DNA from: Patescibacteria group bacterium
GTDB lineage: Bacteria; Patescibacteriota; WWE3; UBA101185; UBA10185
Assembly (NCBI GenBank): GCA_049322215.1
Contig: JBMORU010000001.1
Coordinates: 452,023-516,022, forward strand
Reading direction: 5' to 3'
DNA: 64,000 bases
The notes under the pieces were generated by a model, which saw nothing but the letters and a program-made list of their open reading frames with translations, had not been told where the DNA came from and searched no databases. Of the stretch, positions 18,127-28,236 are shown piece after piece. Positions within the stretch are counted from its first letter, which is position 1. Each line of letters opens with the position of its first letter. The position numbers were made by a program, and so were the translations under genes.

Positions 18127-18702
18127 TTATACTTTAATATTTCTCAATATTTCCACCAGTTGTGTTTGATGCGTATAAATAAACCACATTATATAAACAG
18201 CAACCGATGGCAGGACAACATAATTTTCCACCCATTTTCCGGTAGTAACTCTTAACGCGCGTATTGGCGGAAATCCAATATCTACTGTAAATGGAAAAAA
18301 TAAAGGCAAACCATCTTTTGTTAGGGCATCTGCAATTAAGTGTGAAAAATAACCAATCATTATGCTCCATAAAATTATTTCAGGATTAACAAACTGTTCA
18401 TTTAATACTTTAGGTAGAATAAATTCTAAAAATTTAAAAATTATAAAAGCGCCAAGAAACGAATGGGATAAAGTACGATGTTTGTAAAAAATTCTTCTAA
18501 AAACTTTTCCTAAAGTGTCTCCTGCAGGAAGTAGATCCCATAAGCGGTTTCCTGCTTGATCCATATCGGGAATTAATGCCCCTACAATGTTTGCAACTAT
18601 TGCAACCGCTAGTGTTAATAGGTTTAAGTTTTGTGGAGGCATAAAAGTAGCAATAGTAACTAATGATGCAAATGCAAATGCGTCGTGTGTTCGGGCAGTC
18701 AT
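18127..18702 (-). CDS. membrane-bound metal-dependent hydrolase (YdjM/DUF457-like)
   Basis: Polytopic, with HSF...H...D/H pattern (RTLSHSFLG, FSHLIADALTKDG) typical of LexA-regulon YdjM-type proteins. Confidence 0.5.
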   Translation of the reverse strand: MTARTHDAFAFASLVTIATFMPPQNLNLLTLAVAIVANIVGALIPDMDQAGNRLWDLLPAGDTLGKVFRRIFYKHRTLSHSFLGAFIIFKFLEFILPKVLNEQFVNPEIILWSIMIGYFSHLIADALTKDGLPLFFPFTVDIGFPPIRALRVTTGKWVENYVVLPSVAVYIMWFIYTHQTQLVEILRNIKV

Positions 18703-18798
18703 ATTTTAATTATAGCGTGCTTGTTTTATGTGTCATGTTTACGTTTGTACAGGCCTATAGTATAATTAGCAAACAAATCTATCCGTAAGGAGCTGAAA

Positions 18799-19080
18799 AT
18801 GGCTAAAGATTTAACTGATAATCAAATTATTCGCCAAGCTGTTGATCTGATTCAAGGGCAATTAGTTGTACGAATTATTGACCAGGGTGGGGGTGCTTAT
18901 CATGTTGTAACCCGCAACCCTAAAGATGATGGGCGCCGCTGGCTTATGGTTGTAAAACTGAGCGCATCTAAACAGAGTGCTTCAATGGAAGATCATGGTG
19001 TTACTGATGTTCCACTGCCAAAAGCTCGTGGTCTGTACAAATTTAACTGGCGTTGCGGTAAAGTGGTAGACGAACCCTAA
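18799..19080 (+). CDS. hypothetical protein (93 aa)
   Basis: RBS AAGGAG. Followed by a clean terminator. Confidence 0.5.
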   Translation: MAKDLTDNQIIRQAVDLIQGQLVVRIIDQGGGAYHVVTRNPKDDGRRWLMVVKLSASKQSASMEDHGVTDVPLPKARGLYKFNWRCGKVVDEP

Positions 19081-19093
19081 ACCTTAACGCCTT

Positions 19094-19141
19094 GAGGATA
19101 TCGTTATGTTTTTAACCAAACATTTCGATATCCTTTTTTTG
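19094..19141 (+). terminator. rho-independent terminator (gaggatatcg...cgatatcct + T8)
   Basis: 10-bp stem at 19094-19133, then ttttttt. Confidence 0.7.
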
Positions 19142-19248
19142 TATCAAGTTGTCTAATACAACAGCACATAATTACCCTATAGCTTGTCTAAGTGCTAAAT
19201 ATTGCTATAATAAAGCACTCACAAATATTGAAATACAAGGAGATAAAC

Positions 19249-19488
19249 ATGTTAGATGAATTAGCTGGCTTTCTTTCGTTAGTTAGTGCTTTTAAGCAAG
19301 ACGGAGCAAAAATTGTTCCTCCTGCAGACGCACAAGACATGCAAAACGGAGCAAAGCGTATTCCTTCTGAGGTAACCGATGCGCGACGTGCGGGCAAAAA
19401 CTGTACCTTTCACAGCATTGGTCACATGTCACAGTGGTACTGGGAAATGCCTGACGGTTCGCATTTAATGCACGGCGTTTACGATTAG
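19249..19488 (+). CDS. hypothetical protein (79 aa)
   Basis: Preceded by promoter-like TTGTCT-16-TATAAT (19184-19211) and RBS AAGGAG. The ORF-track start at 19192 is an out-of-context upstream ATG. Confidence 0.5.
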   Translation: MLDELAGFLSLVSAFKQDGAKIVPPADAQDMQNGAKRIPSEVTDARRAGKNCTFHSIGHMSQWYWEMPDGSHLMHGVYD

Positions 19489-19498
19489 CCTTCAAGGG

Positions 19499-20110
19499 AT
19501 GATGTACCATAATTTTTTTGTACATTATCCCTTTATTTTTATGAGTCAAAATACAGTACGAAAAAAACCAAGATTAAATCATAAGTTTCGATTTCAGCTT
19601 TTGCATGAATGGCTTGTAGAAACTTTTGAACCCTGCAATGCTGCAGATATTGGCGGTGGTAAGGGTCTTTTATCTTATTTGCTTATTAACAGTGGTTGGA
19701 ATTCTACGGTTATTGACCCCATACATCAGCTTTTACCTTGGAAATTTAGAGACATAAAAAATAATCAACGTATAAAACTTACTTATGAAGAAAGAAAGAT
19801 TGTTCCACGTGTAAATGCTCCGTTTGAAGAAGAAATGGCAAAAGATTATGATTTGCTAATTGGTTTGCATGCGCATGGGTGTAACATGAAAATTATAAAT
19901 GCATGTAGCACCTATAAAAAAGATTTCGTATTGCTGCCTTGTTGCGTAATTGACGAACCTATTATAAAAGAGCCGGGTATAAATTGGTTAAATTCTTTGG
20001 TTGATTACGGCATTGACATGGGATTTAATGTTAAAAAGACTAAACTAAACTTTGCAGGCCAAAGAACAGTAATTTATTCGGATAAATATTTGAAAAAGAA
20101 AAATGTCTAA
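19499..20110 (+). CDS. methyltransferase-like protein (DxGxGxG motif)
   Basis: AADIGGGKGLLSYLL matches SAM motif I. Its stop overlaps the start of the RsmB-like gene, suggesting a functional pair. Confidence 0.45.
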   Translation: MMYHNFFVHYPFIFMSQNTVRKKPRLNHKFRFQLLHEWLVETFEPCNAADIGGGKGLLSYLLINSGWNSTVIDPIHQLLPWKFRDIKNNQRIKLTYEERKIVPRVNAPFEEEMAKDYDLLIGLHAHGCNMKIINACSTYKKDFVLLPCCVIDEPIIKEPGINWLNSLVDYGIDMGFNVKKTKLNFAGQRTVIYSDKYLKKKNV

Positions 20111-21059
20111 AGAAGAACAATTTTTAAAACGAATGGCTTCGCTTCTTAACGTTTCTGAAAGTAAAGCAAGAGAGTTGTTTTCCCAAGAAAGAAAAAGTGT
20201 ATTAAGATTAAACACCTTAAAAGTAGCCAATCCTTCCACCTTATTAATAAGCCTAAATAGTATTGCAAAGCTCGAACCAATTCCTTGGTGTGCAAATGCG
20301 TATTTTATTGTAGATGGTAAATATGAGCTAACTAAATCTACCGAATATGCTCATGGGCTTTTTTACCTTTTGAATGCTTCAAGTTTAATTCCCCCCTTAG
20401 TTTTAGATCCTAAACCTGGTGACGTAATTTTAGATATGTGTGCTGCCCCTGGTGGAAAAACGCTGCATATAGCTGAATTAAGCCACAACAAAGCTTTTAT
20501 TTATGCAAACGATGAATCTTCGGCACGCATGGGAATAATGAAGGGTTTAGTTAAAAAACATGGCGCTGAAGTTTTACATTTTATGACAGTACCAGCACAG
20601 TTTTTAACTTCAAACACAAAACAAAAATTCGATAAAATTTTGCTAGACGCTCCTTGCAGTGGAGAAGGTTTATTAAGCTTAAATTCTTCGGAGCCAATGC
20701 GCTACTGGAGTACTTCAAAAATAAAAAGATTAGCAAAACTTCAAAAGAGAATAATTTTACAAGCCTTTGATTTGCTTTTACCGGGGGGAACTTTAGTTTA
20801 TTCAACATGCACACTTGCACCAGAAGAAAACGAAGAAGTTGTTCAATACTTGCTAGAAAACAGACCAGCTGCTTATATAACCGAAATTAATTTACAATTA
20901 CCTAATGTGCAAAAAGCTATAACCGCATGGAATGACACTAACCTAAAAGTCGATTTAAACAAAGCAATTAGGGTCATTCCTAGTGACTATATGGAAGGGT
21001 TTTTTGTTTGTAAGATAAATAAAAAAACCAAAAGCCCTAGTATTGAAACCCATAGTTAG
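20103..21059 (+). CDS. NOL1/NOP2/Sun-family RNA (m5C) methyltransferase, RsmB/RsmF-like
   Basis: DMCAAPGGKT (motif I), DAPCSGEG (motif IV with catalytic Cys), STCTLAPEENEEVV (motif VI Cys). Confidence 0.8.
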   Translation: MSKEEQFLKRMASLLNVSESKARELFSQERKSVLRLNTLKVANPSTLLISLNSIAKLEPIPWCANAYFIVDGKYELTKSTEYAHGLFYLLNASSLIPPLVLDPKPGDVILDMCAAPGGKTLHIAELSHNKAFIYANDESSARMGIMKGLVKKHGAEVLHFMTVPAQFLTSNTKQKFDKILLDAPCSGEGLLSLNSSEPMRYWSTSKIKRLAKLQKRIILQAFDLLLPGGTLVYSTCTLAPEENEEVVQYLLENRPAAYITEINLQLPNVQKAITAWNDTNLKVDLNKAIRVIPSDYMEGFFVCKINKKTKSPSIETHS

Positions 21060-21113
21060 TTTGATATAATCCCTAAGACGTGTAGTGAACAAAAAATAAT
21101 AAAGGAGATCAAA

Positions 21114-21959
21114 ATGACAACAGTTTCATCTACAACGCTGCTTGATGTTTCAATGCTTTTAGAGTTTGGTGAATTATTGGCTACAGTGGCTGATATTTCA
21201 CTTTATGTACATGTAGAACAGCTTCGTACCGGGCGCATGCAGGCTACAAATGCAAAAGGTGTTTGGTTAAACGAGCCTTTGGCCTTGGCTCAAAATTATC
21301 CTGAACTTTCTACAGCACCTTTAGTGGCTCGTGTGAAGTCTGGAGAGCTATTGGTTGCCTCAAAAGGTCATCCTCAATATGAAGCCATGTTGCTAACGCC
21401 TTTGATTTCACGTGAAAAACGAGGCTCAGGTTGGGCAGGTGGTGCTATGTACGGTACTACTTTGGTGGGTGCTAGTAAGCTTGCTGCTTTGCAAGATAAA
21501 ATGTTTGCGGCAGTCTTGGCTTATGCGTCTATGGATATGTACTTTGACTTGCATCACTTTGGTATGAGGTATTCTTCACGGGGTGCCTGGGAACAAGTAG
21601 TAAATACGCTTTTAAAGCTTGAGCCTGACCGCACTTGGGTTCTTCCTTCTGATGATCATTTGCGTGTTTATAATCTTGTTGGGCAGAATCGGCGAGGCGC
21701 CTCATACTTTGTTGAGCACCAACTGTTTGAAAATTCGTTAGAAACGCATGGGTCAGGTATTCATTGGGATTTTATGGTTTCGGATCCTGATCATTTTTTG
21801 CGCATTCTGGCTTTGGCTTTTGGTGTTGAACCAGTAGTTTGGGGAGAGCACGCTAAAGATCCATATGGAATGGTTAAGCTTCCTGCAATTGAGGGTCAAA
21901 TTCCATGGATGGTAATGGCGCGTTCATACAAAAACCCTTGGGTTCCGGAAGCAGACTAA
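21114..21959 (+). CDS. hypothetical protein (281 aa)
   Basis: RBS AAGGAG. Terminator downstream. No motif recognised. Confidence 0.5.
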   Translation: MTTVSSTTLLDVSMLLEFGELLATVADISLYVHVEQLRTGRMQATNAKGVWLNEPLALAQNYPELSTAPLVARVKSGELLVASKGHPQYEAMLLTPLISREKRGSGWAGGAMYGTTLVGASKLAALQDKMFAAVLAYASMDMYFDLHHFGMRYSSRGAWEQVVNTLLKLEPDRTWVLPSDDHLRVYNLVGQNRRGASYFVEHQLFENSLETHGSGIHWDFMVSDPDHFLRILALAFGVEPVVWGEHAKDPYGMVKLPAIEGQIPWMVMARSYKNPWVPEAD

Positions 21960-21968
21960 TGTAAACAT

Positions 21969-22016
21969 AGGGAACAGGTTTATTAATTCTTTTAGTAAAC
22001 TTGTTCCCTAATTTTC
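21969..22016 (+). terminator. rho-independent terminator
   Basis: agggaacaggttta...taaacttgttccct stem, then aatttt. Confidence 0.65.
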
Positions 22017-22080
22017 TATGGGCTATGTTATAATCTTTTTTAACAAATCCAACATTTAAATAACAAATAAGGAGACAAAA

Positions 22081-22785
22081 ATGACTAAAGAACGTGAGTA
22101 TTTTGAGCGAATTCAATTGATTGGTTGGGTTGTTTACGTGGTGAGTGAAGTTTTGAGTTCGGCTTGGGAAGTCTCTGGCGTATTTTTACTAGGGGATTCA
22201 ATTATTGAATGGACTATTGAAGTAGGCTTGGTTGCCCCTATTCTACTGATTTTGGTTGGAATTCTTTTATGGTCCAGCAAAAGTGATCGTCCTAGTCGCA
22301 AAAAACATTACGATGGTGCTTTTCTACGAGTTGTTTTGCTTTTGATGGCAGGCATTGTTGCTAGCATTCTTGGCGATAATATTCCTGAAGCATGGTATTT
22401 CACGCCGAATGTTTTTTGGACGCTCATCGCTAACTTAAACGGTTTGATTCAGTTTATCTGTTTCATTCTGCTTTTAGCGCCCTCTCCTGAGTGGTACGGT
22501 TGGTATCAGCCCTCTGATTCCCCAGGAGACTATACGTGGCATGATTTGGCGAAGCTTGCAGCAAACGGCAATTTTCCAGTTAGAGTTGCTACTCCAGTAA
22601 ACAACCCTTGGTTACGCGGCCTAGGTTGGAATTTTACTGTTGGTGTTATGGGCAATCTTAAGTTGGTAGAAGACGGCAAAAACCATTGGTTGTTTAAACA
22701 CCCCGGATTTGATGGAGGTACTTTTCAGCCTAGCAAATATGCTGATTCATCAACATACAACCGTTACTTAATTACCGAGAAGTAA
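22081..22785 (+). CDS. hypothetical membrane protein (234 aa, 4 TM in the N-terminal half)
   Basis: RBS AAGGAG. Hydrophobic N-terminal half, soluble Trp/Gly-rich C-terminal half. Confidence 0.5.
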   Translation: MTKEREYFERIQLIGWVVYVVSEVLSSAWEVSGVFLLGDSIIEWTIEVGLVAPILLILVGILLWSSKSDRPSRKKHYDGAFLRVVLLLMAGIVASILGDNIPEAWYFTPNVFWTLIANLNGLIQFICFILLLAPSPEWYGWYQPSDSPGDYTWHDLAKLAANGNFPVRVATPVNNPWLRGLGWNFTVGVMGNLKLVEDGKNHWLFKHPGFDGGTFQPSKYADSSTYNRYLITEK

Positions 22786-22792
22786 CCTTTAA

Positions 22793-22875
22793 GGCACATA
22801 TATTGTTGTTTAAGCAATATATGTGCTTTTTTTTAAAAAAAATGCCACAAAAACTAATCAAAGCGTTTGTGGCAT
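22793..22875. terminator. two back-to-back terminators for convergent genes (gcacatatattg...caatatatgtgc+T8 on the plus strand; atgccacaaa...tttgtggcat preceded by A8, for thyA on the minus strand)
   Basis: Perfect 12-bp and 10-bp inverted repeats flank a shared T8/A8 run. Confidence 0.7.
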
Positions 22876-22881
22876 GTACTG

Positions 22882-23691
22882 TTACACTGCAATGGGCACA
22901 TTTTTAAAATTTGGATGTGCTATGTAGTCTCGTAGTTCAAAACTTTCCAGTGTGAAGTCATCAATTCCTCTAATAGTTGGATCAATCCAAAGATTAGGTA
23001 ATGGGTATGGTTTTCTTCCCAGCTGTATATCTACAAACTCTAAGTGATTCAAGTAAATATGCGTATCCCCTAAAATGTGAGTAAATATACCGGGCTTGTA
23101 TCCACATATTTGGGCAATCATCATGTTTAGGGCAGCGTACGAAGCAATGTTAAAGGGTAACCCTAAAAGCATGTCCACTGACCGTTGATACCCTTGTAAA
23201 TCCAAATAAGTGCCTGTTGCTGTTTTTCTTACGTAAAACTGGAAAAACAAGTGGCATGGTTGTAACGCCATTTGTTTAAGCTGTCCCACGTTCCAGGCGC
23301 TTACCAAATGTCTACGACTTGCCGGGCTGTACTGTAATGACTCAATTACCCCCGCTATTTGGTCTACAGAGCCATCTGGTGTTGGCCACGATCTCCATTG
23401 ATATCCATAAACAGGCCCCAACTCTCCGTTTTCATCTGCCCATTCATCCCAAATAGTAATTCCTTGCTCTTTAAGCCACTTAATATTGGTGCTGCCTTGT
23501 AAAAACCAAAGTAGCTCACCTATGATGCCTTTAAACCAAAGTTTTTTCGTTGTTACTGCAGGAAACCCAGCTTGCAAGTCAAACACTAATTTCTCTGCAA
23601 ACAACGATAATGTTCCTACACCTGTTCTATCATTTTCTACTAATTGACCCTGCTCTCTAACTTTTCTGAGAAGATCAAGATACTGGTACAT
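22882..23691 (-). CDS. thyA: thymidylate synthase
   Basis: [31 protein letters not shown]...[12 protein letters not shown] (catalytic Cys-His)...DxHxY. 269 aa. Confidence 0.9.
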   Translation of the reverse strand: MYQYLDLLRKVREQGQLVENDRTGVGTLSLFAEKLVFDLQAGFPAVTTKKLWFKGIIGELLWFLQGSTNIKWLKEQGITIWDEWADENGELGPVYGYQWRSWPTPDGSVDQIAGVIESLQYSPASRRHLVSAWNVGQLKQMALQPCHLFFQFYVRKTATGTYLDLQGYQRSVDMLLGLPFNIASYAALNMMIAQICGYKPGIFTHILGDTHIYLNHLEFVDIQLGRKPYPLPNLWIDPTIRGIDDFTLESFELRDYIAHPNFKNVPIAV

Positions 23692-23761
23692 TTAACTCTC
23701 CTTTATTTGGGATTTATTTGGGTTATTATATTTTTACGTTTTATGAGGACGCTAGTCAACC

Positions 23762-25663
23762 TTATATTTTTGATTTGTTAACCCCCAATTTTGTTAATTC
23801 TGAATAACACTCGCTTATATCTTTATTTAGTATGAATTCATGAAATGTTTGAGTGTTGTAGTTTCGTCCTGATTCAAGTAGTAGCCATAAAAACATGGCG
23901 CGAGCATCTTTAGTTTGCTCCCAGGTTTCGCCAAACCTTTGTTTAAATGCTGATGGCATATCAATTTGGCTATTTTTCTGTTTTTTTTCTGAATGGTTTC
24001 TTTCGGCTTCTGATTCCACTTCCTTTACTATATATCTTTTCATGTACACAAGGCCGTCGTCAGGGTTATATGGGTGTAAATAGCGTAGTCCCGAGGGAAC
24101 TCTTCTTGTTGTTTTTAGCCCTAGTGTTTCAATTTCATCAGTTTTGTCTTCAAACTTCTGTTTTAGTTCCCAAAGCATTCTCTCAGTTAAGTATTGGTGT
24201 CCCTCCTTCAACCAGTTATCAAATATTTTGCGCACACCTAATTGTACAAGTGCAAATGGGACTTGTGCCCTAATAGTTATTCCGGTCATAAAATTGGGAA
24301 ACTCTTCACCTTTGAATTGTTTTTTATATGGCAAGTGCTTGTCTTTATAAAACTGATGTTCCAGTAGCTGAGAAAAGTCTTCCATTACCGATGAAGGTAC
24401 TCTATCTTGCGCACCTTTTTCTAGTATGTTGTGTTCCTCTCCTAAGCTTAAAATTATTCTATGTAAAGCATGGGCTGTTTCGTGTGCAAAAACTGGCAAG
24501 TATTCATCTTTCATCAGTACTCTTGGTGTCATAACAATTGCGTTTACTTGTAAGCCTTTAGTGTTTTTTGTCGCAGATTGAAATGCGCGTGTTGTAGCAG
24601 AGGGATGTGTTGGGTTAAACAATACACTTCTAGGTGAGTCTACCTTCGCAAGAGGAAATAGTTTATATACTTCTTTTTTACACGCATCAATCATCTTTTC
24701 AATTTCTGCAAGATTTCTTAATTTTTTAGGGTATTTTTTTCGGGTAGCTTCTTCGGCAAATAAATCATCAAATAAAATATAGCCCTGCTCTTTGTACTTT
24801 TTAAAACTTTCGGGTAAGTCGTCTTTCATATGTTTTTCAAGTTCACTTACATGATTTTTATCGTTTTGAAATGCAAGTAAATTTCTTTTTACTACTTCGT
24901 ATTTTGGTAAATCATTTATTTGTAAGAATTCATCAACATTTAATCCTATGTAGTGGATTTTTTTCCATACCTCCCAGGCAAGTTGAACATCTGAAATTAG
25001 CAATGTTAGATCTCTTCTTAAAACATCAAAAATACCCTGAATATCTTTTCTTAATTCAACTGGAACATCACAGTTAGAATAGTAGTTAGATAAAACGCTT
25101 ACGCGTCCTTCGCTTATTTCAAATATTTTGTTTCTAAGTTTTTTGTAGTCTTTGTTTGCAAAGTTGGCATACTCTTTTATTGCAAATTCTAATCTAGTTA
25201 AATTTATTATTGTTGGTTCAATTTCTCCGTTATCGCGTTGTTGAGCAGTTCTACCATAGTATTCGTCACCTCTACGCAAATCGTCTAAGTCATATTTTGC
25301 GTTTAAAGCACACTTCAACAAAGTAGAAATTCCTACTTTTAATTTGTTTTTATATTCTGAATCTTCCAACGTTTTATAGTATGCATAGGAATCTTTAAGT
25401 AATTCTATTATTGTTTCAAAACTTTTGTTTATATCTGAGTTAAACCCCAATTTTGATTTATATGGTTTTCTTTCAGGATGTTCAGAAAACTCTTTCCACT
25501 CCTTTAAATTCATAACGGTATCGTAGCGTATGCTGTTATAGTCCCATGTACTTTCAGTAGTATTTATTAAATCTGTGTGCAATTCAAGCCATTTTTCATT
25601 AAAGTTTGTTGATTTGGTTTTTTCCAAATGCGTTTGATACTTTTTTGATAGTTTACTTTTCAT
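23762..25663 (-). CDS. large (633 aa) HExxH zinc-metallopeptidase-like protein, possibly a divergent M3/oligoendopeptidase-like protein
   Basis: FAHETAHALHRII contains HExxH with a downstream Glu. No signal peptide. ATG at 25663 preferred (MKSKLSKK). Confidence 0.5.
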   Translation of the reverse strand: MKSKLSKKYQTHLEKTKSTNFNEKWLELHTDLINTTESTWDYNSIRYDTVMNLKEWKEFSEHPERKPYKSKLGFNSDINKSFETIIELLKDSYAYYKTLEDSEYKNKLKVGISTLLKCALNAKYDLDDLRRGDEYYGRTAQQRDNGEIEPTIINLTRLEFAIKEYANFANKDYKKLRNKIFEISEGRVSVLSNYYSNCDVPVELRKDIQGIFDVLRRDLTLLISDVQLAWEVWKKIHYIGLNVDEFLQINDLPKYEVVKRNLLAFQNDKNHVSELEKHMKDDLPESFKKYKEQGYILFDDLFAEEATRKKYPKKLRNLAEIEKMIDACKKEVYKLFPLAKVDSPRSVLFNPTHPSATTRAFQSATKNTKGLQVNAIVMTPRVLMKDEYLPVFAHETAHALHRIILSLGEEHNILEKGAQDRVPSSVMEDFSQLLEHQFYKDKHLPYKKQFKGEEFPNFMTGITIRAQVPFALVQLGVRKIFDNWLKEGHQYLTERMLWELKQKFEDKTDEIETLGLKTTRRVPSGLRYLHPYNPDDGLVYMKRYIVKEVESEAERNHSEKKQKNSQIDMPSAFKQRFGETWEQTKDARAMFLWLLLESGRNYNTQTFHEFILNKDISECYSELTKLGVNKSKI

Positions 25664-25686
25664 GTTGCAAGTATATAACATAGTTT

Positions 25687-26505
25687 ATGAGTAGTTTCGA
25701 TCTTAAAATAAGTAAATTGCAAAAAAATCCTGAATCTAAGGTATTAGAAAAGGGTTATATCAATATTTACTCAAGTCTGAATTCTAAGGAACGTAGGCAA
25801 ATTTTTTATAAAGAGCTTTATAAAAGGCAACATTCTGATTGGGATGAAACAATGGTTTTTTTGTCAGAATATTTTAAAAAGCTATTTGTGGGTAAAGAAC
25901 ATGTAACCGTGCTAGATGCCGGTTGTGGCAATGGTAACTTTGTAATAGATGAGAACCGTGAGCTAATTTCATGGGCAGTAGGTTTAGACGTTAAGCCAGA
26001 GTTTACTTCAAAAAACATTTGCCTTGATCAAATTGAATATGGTTCATTAAATACTATTCCGTTTGAAAATAACTCTTTTGACAGTGTAATCAGCCTTTGG
26101 GTATTAGAGCACATACATAATGCCAACAACACTTTTAAAGAAATAAACAGAGTACTTAAGTTAAATGGAGTTTTTTTGTTTGCTACCCCAAACAAAAATT
26201 ATCTTCCCTTACGTTTGCTTGATCTCTTAAAGTCTTCAAAAATTAATCATACTTTAAACCGAAGTTTGTTTGGTAGGGAAGCTAAAGAGGTATTTGAAGC
26301 TTATTACGAAGCAAACTCTCTAAAAACACTCAATCATTTAGCCGAAAAAAATGGTTTTTCTGTTGAAGTTTTAAAACTTAATTACGATCCAGGATATACC
26401 TCGTTTAATAAGTTATTGTATGAACTATTTTCTAAATTAAGCAAATTCTCTATTTTTCAACCTCACATAATTGGTGTACTAAGGAAAACTTCTAACAGTA
26501 GATAG
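25687..26505 (+). CDS. class I SAM-dependent methyltransferase (Methyltransf_11-like)
   Basis: VLDAGCGNGNF motif I. DVKPEF. LKLNGVFLFATPN. Confidence 0.7.
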   Translation: MSSFDLKISKLQKNPESKVLEKGYINIYSSLNSKERRQIFYKELYKRQHSDWDETMVFLSEYFKKLFVGKEHVTVLDAGCGNGNFVIDENRELISWAVGLDVKPEFTSKNICLDQIEYGSLNTIPFENNSFDSVISLWVLEHIHNANNTFKEINRVLKLNGVFLFATPNKNYLPLRLLDLLKSSKINHTLNRSLFGREAKEVFEAYYEANSLKTLNHLAEKNGFSVEVLKLNYDPGYTSFNKLLYELFSKLSKFSIFQPHIIGVLRKTSNSR

Positions 26506-26743
26506 TGCAACTATCGTTGTTTGACACAAATCCCCTTTTTTGATAACATCCACTAGTTGTGATAGTTAATTACTAAAAATTTCCCCGGCAATATGTGGGG
26601 GTTTTTCTTTTTGTGCCGAATATTTCGGTAAAGTGAAAGGCTCTACCACTCCAGGGTATATTATTTTATGTGCCCCCTTTATACCTCGAGTTTAAATGTT
26701 ATTGAACTAGTGGTGTTTTGTGTGGCAAATTACTTAAGGAAAT

Positions 26744-27199
26744 ATGAGTGACATAGTATATCTAACAAAACAAGGATTAGAAGAATTAAAAAAAGAGCTT
26801 AATCAGCTTGTGGATAAAAGACCAGAAGTTGCAAAGCGCATTAAAACAGCTCGCGACATGGGTGATATATCTGAAAATGCTGAATATGTTGCAGCTCGTG
26901 AAGAACAGGCTTTCGTAGAAGGTCGTATTGCTGAACTTGAAGATATTATTAAGAATTCCAAAGTCAGTGAACAAAAGCCCGGTGACGGTATTTACGTGGG
27001 TGCTAAAGTAGTACTTCATATAGAAGGTGACGAAGAAACCTTTCATATAGTGGGTGCTCCTGAAGCAAATCCTTCTGCAAGAAAGATTTCGCACGAATCT
27101 CCTTTAGGTTCTGCTTTGTTAGGTAAAAAAATAGGAGAAAAAGTAGAAGTAGAAGCTCCTGTAGGTAAGCTTGTTTACACAATTTTATCTATAGAGTAA
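26744..27199 (+). CDS. greA: transcription elongation factor GreA
   Basis: LTKQGLEELKKEL...ARDMGDISENAEYVAAREEQAFVEGRIAELE with catalytic D/E in the coiled-coil tip. 151 aa. Confidence 0.9.
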   Translation: MSDIVYLTKQGLEELKKELNQLVDKRPEVAKRIKTARDMGDISENAEYVAAREEQAFVEGRIAELEDIIKNSKVSEQKPGDGIYVGAKVVLHIEGDEETFHIVGAPEANPSARKISHESPLGSALLGKKIGEKVEVEAPVGKLVYTILSIE

Positions 27200-27229
27200 G
27201 ATCGGCTTAGTTAACAACTAAATAATAAA

Positions 27230-27556
27230 GGCTTTGAAAAAGACAAGTAGTTATAAGCAGAAGCTATAAAGGACTAAATGTCCCGAGAGAGCGGCGTTAG
27301 GGTGAAAGTGTCGCATAGAAGAACTAATAATGAAAAGACTTTTAGCTGTTGGAAGAAAAGTGCTTTGCACTTAGTAGACCCAAACGGGGGCGCCCGTAAT
27401 AGCGCTACACTGTGTCGGTGAAAACTGGAGCAGTTAATAAGGTTTGGCTGGCAACAGTCGAATAAATTGAGGTGGTAACACGACCTTTAATAAAGGATCG
27501 TCCTCATTTGGAAGCAATTATTTGTTTTCAGGTGAGGGCGATTTTTTTTGTCTTAA
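27230..27556 (+). ncRNA. candidate T-box riboswitch leader (T-box motif aaattGAGGTGGtAaCaCG at about 27464-27486, then terminator hairpin 27499-27540 with T9)
   Basis: Match to AATTAGGGTGGNACCGCG. An alternative antiterminator can be drawn: UGAGG/CCUCA and ACACGACC/GGAUCGU flanking a UGGUA bulge. The 13-bp terminator (cgtcctcatttgg/tcaggtgagggcg) is followed by attttttttg. AGAGAG and GGTGAAAG elements lie upstream. Confidence 0.45.
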
Positions 27557-27587
27557 CTACAACAACAAAAAAATAAGGAGATGAATC

Positions 27588-28172
27588 ATGAATGACTTAA
27601 AGCAAAGCCTTTTAAATAAAAAGGTAGTGTATTCAGGCAGTGAACTAATTTTTATTCACCGCTGGTTAGTAAGTTTAATTTTATCGGCATATACCAGAAG
27701 GGCTAATAACCGGGGAGAGCAAATATTAGTGCAAAATCCATTCAGAATAAACATGCAGCTTAAAAAAGGCTTAAGCGTGCTCATTTTGGTTTATGGGTTT
27801 CCTATTGGTTATTTAACTACTTACGATTTAGGTGTTGATAAGCGCAATAGACGTTGGTGGGAAGTTGGTACTGGCTATGTTCCAAGACCTTTTCGTGGTT
27901 TTGGTTTGGGTCATGTTTTATATGATGGCGCAGCTCAAAGGCATAAAAAAGATGTACTTGTTGGTACTACAAAAAATCCTGTAGCTTTGCATTTAAGTGT
28001 GACTGCTGGGTTTAAAGTAGAATCTTTTGCCAAAGTCCCTGCAGTTATTCGCAAAAGTTTATGTTATGAGGCGCCTTGTTTTGTAGTTAGTAGCGCTTGC
28101 TCCGGGTGTTGCAAATCTGAGCATAACCTGAATGGTACTTGTTATGCTCGTGTGCGTTGGCCGGTAATGTAA
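27588..28172 (+). CDS. GNAT-like acetyltransferase-fold protein (tentative), first gene after the T-box-like leader
   Basis: RPFRGFGLGHVLYDGAAQ resembles the GNAT motif A (R/QxxGxG/A). RBS AAGGAG. 194 aa with a Cys-rich C-terminus. Confidence 0.4.
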   Translation: MNDLKQSLLNKKVVYSGSELIFIHRWLVSLILSAYTRRANNRGEQILVQNPFRINMQLKKGLSVLILVYGFPIGYLTTYDLGVDKRNRRWWEVGTGYVPRPFRGFGLGHVLYDGAAQRHKKDVLVGTTKNPVALHLSVTAGFKVESFAKVPAVIRKSLCYEAPCFVVSSACSGCCKSEHNLNGTCYARVRWPVM

Positions 28173-28236
28173 AGTTTATATATGCAGAAACGAAATTTAT
28201 TCAAGTAAATTCCGTTTCTGCACCACACAATACAAA

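Noticed and set aside
26506-26743. Possible small RNA or terminator (ccccggcaatatgtggggg + T-run) and TTGACA-17-TAACAT promoter upstream of greA
   Set aside because: Only a short GC stem and promoter-like hexamers were seen. It cannot be distinguished from an ordinary greA promoter or leader without expression data.
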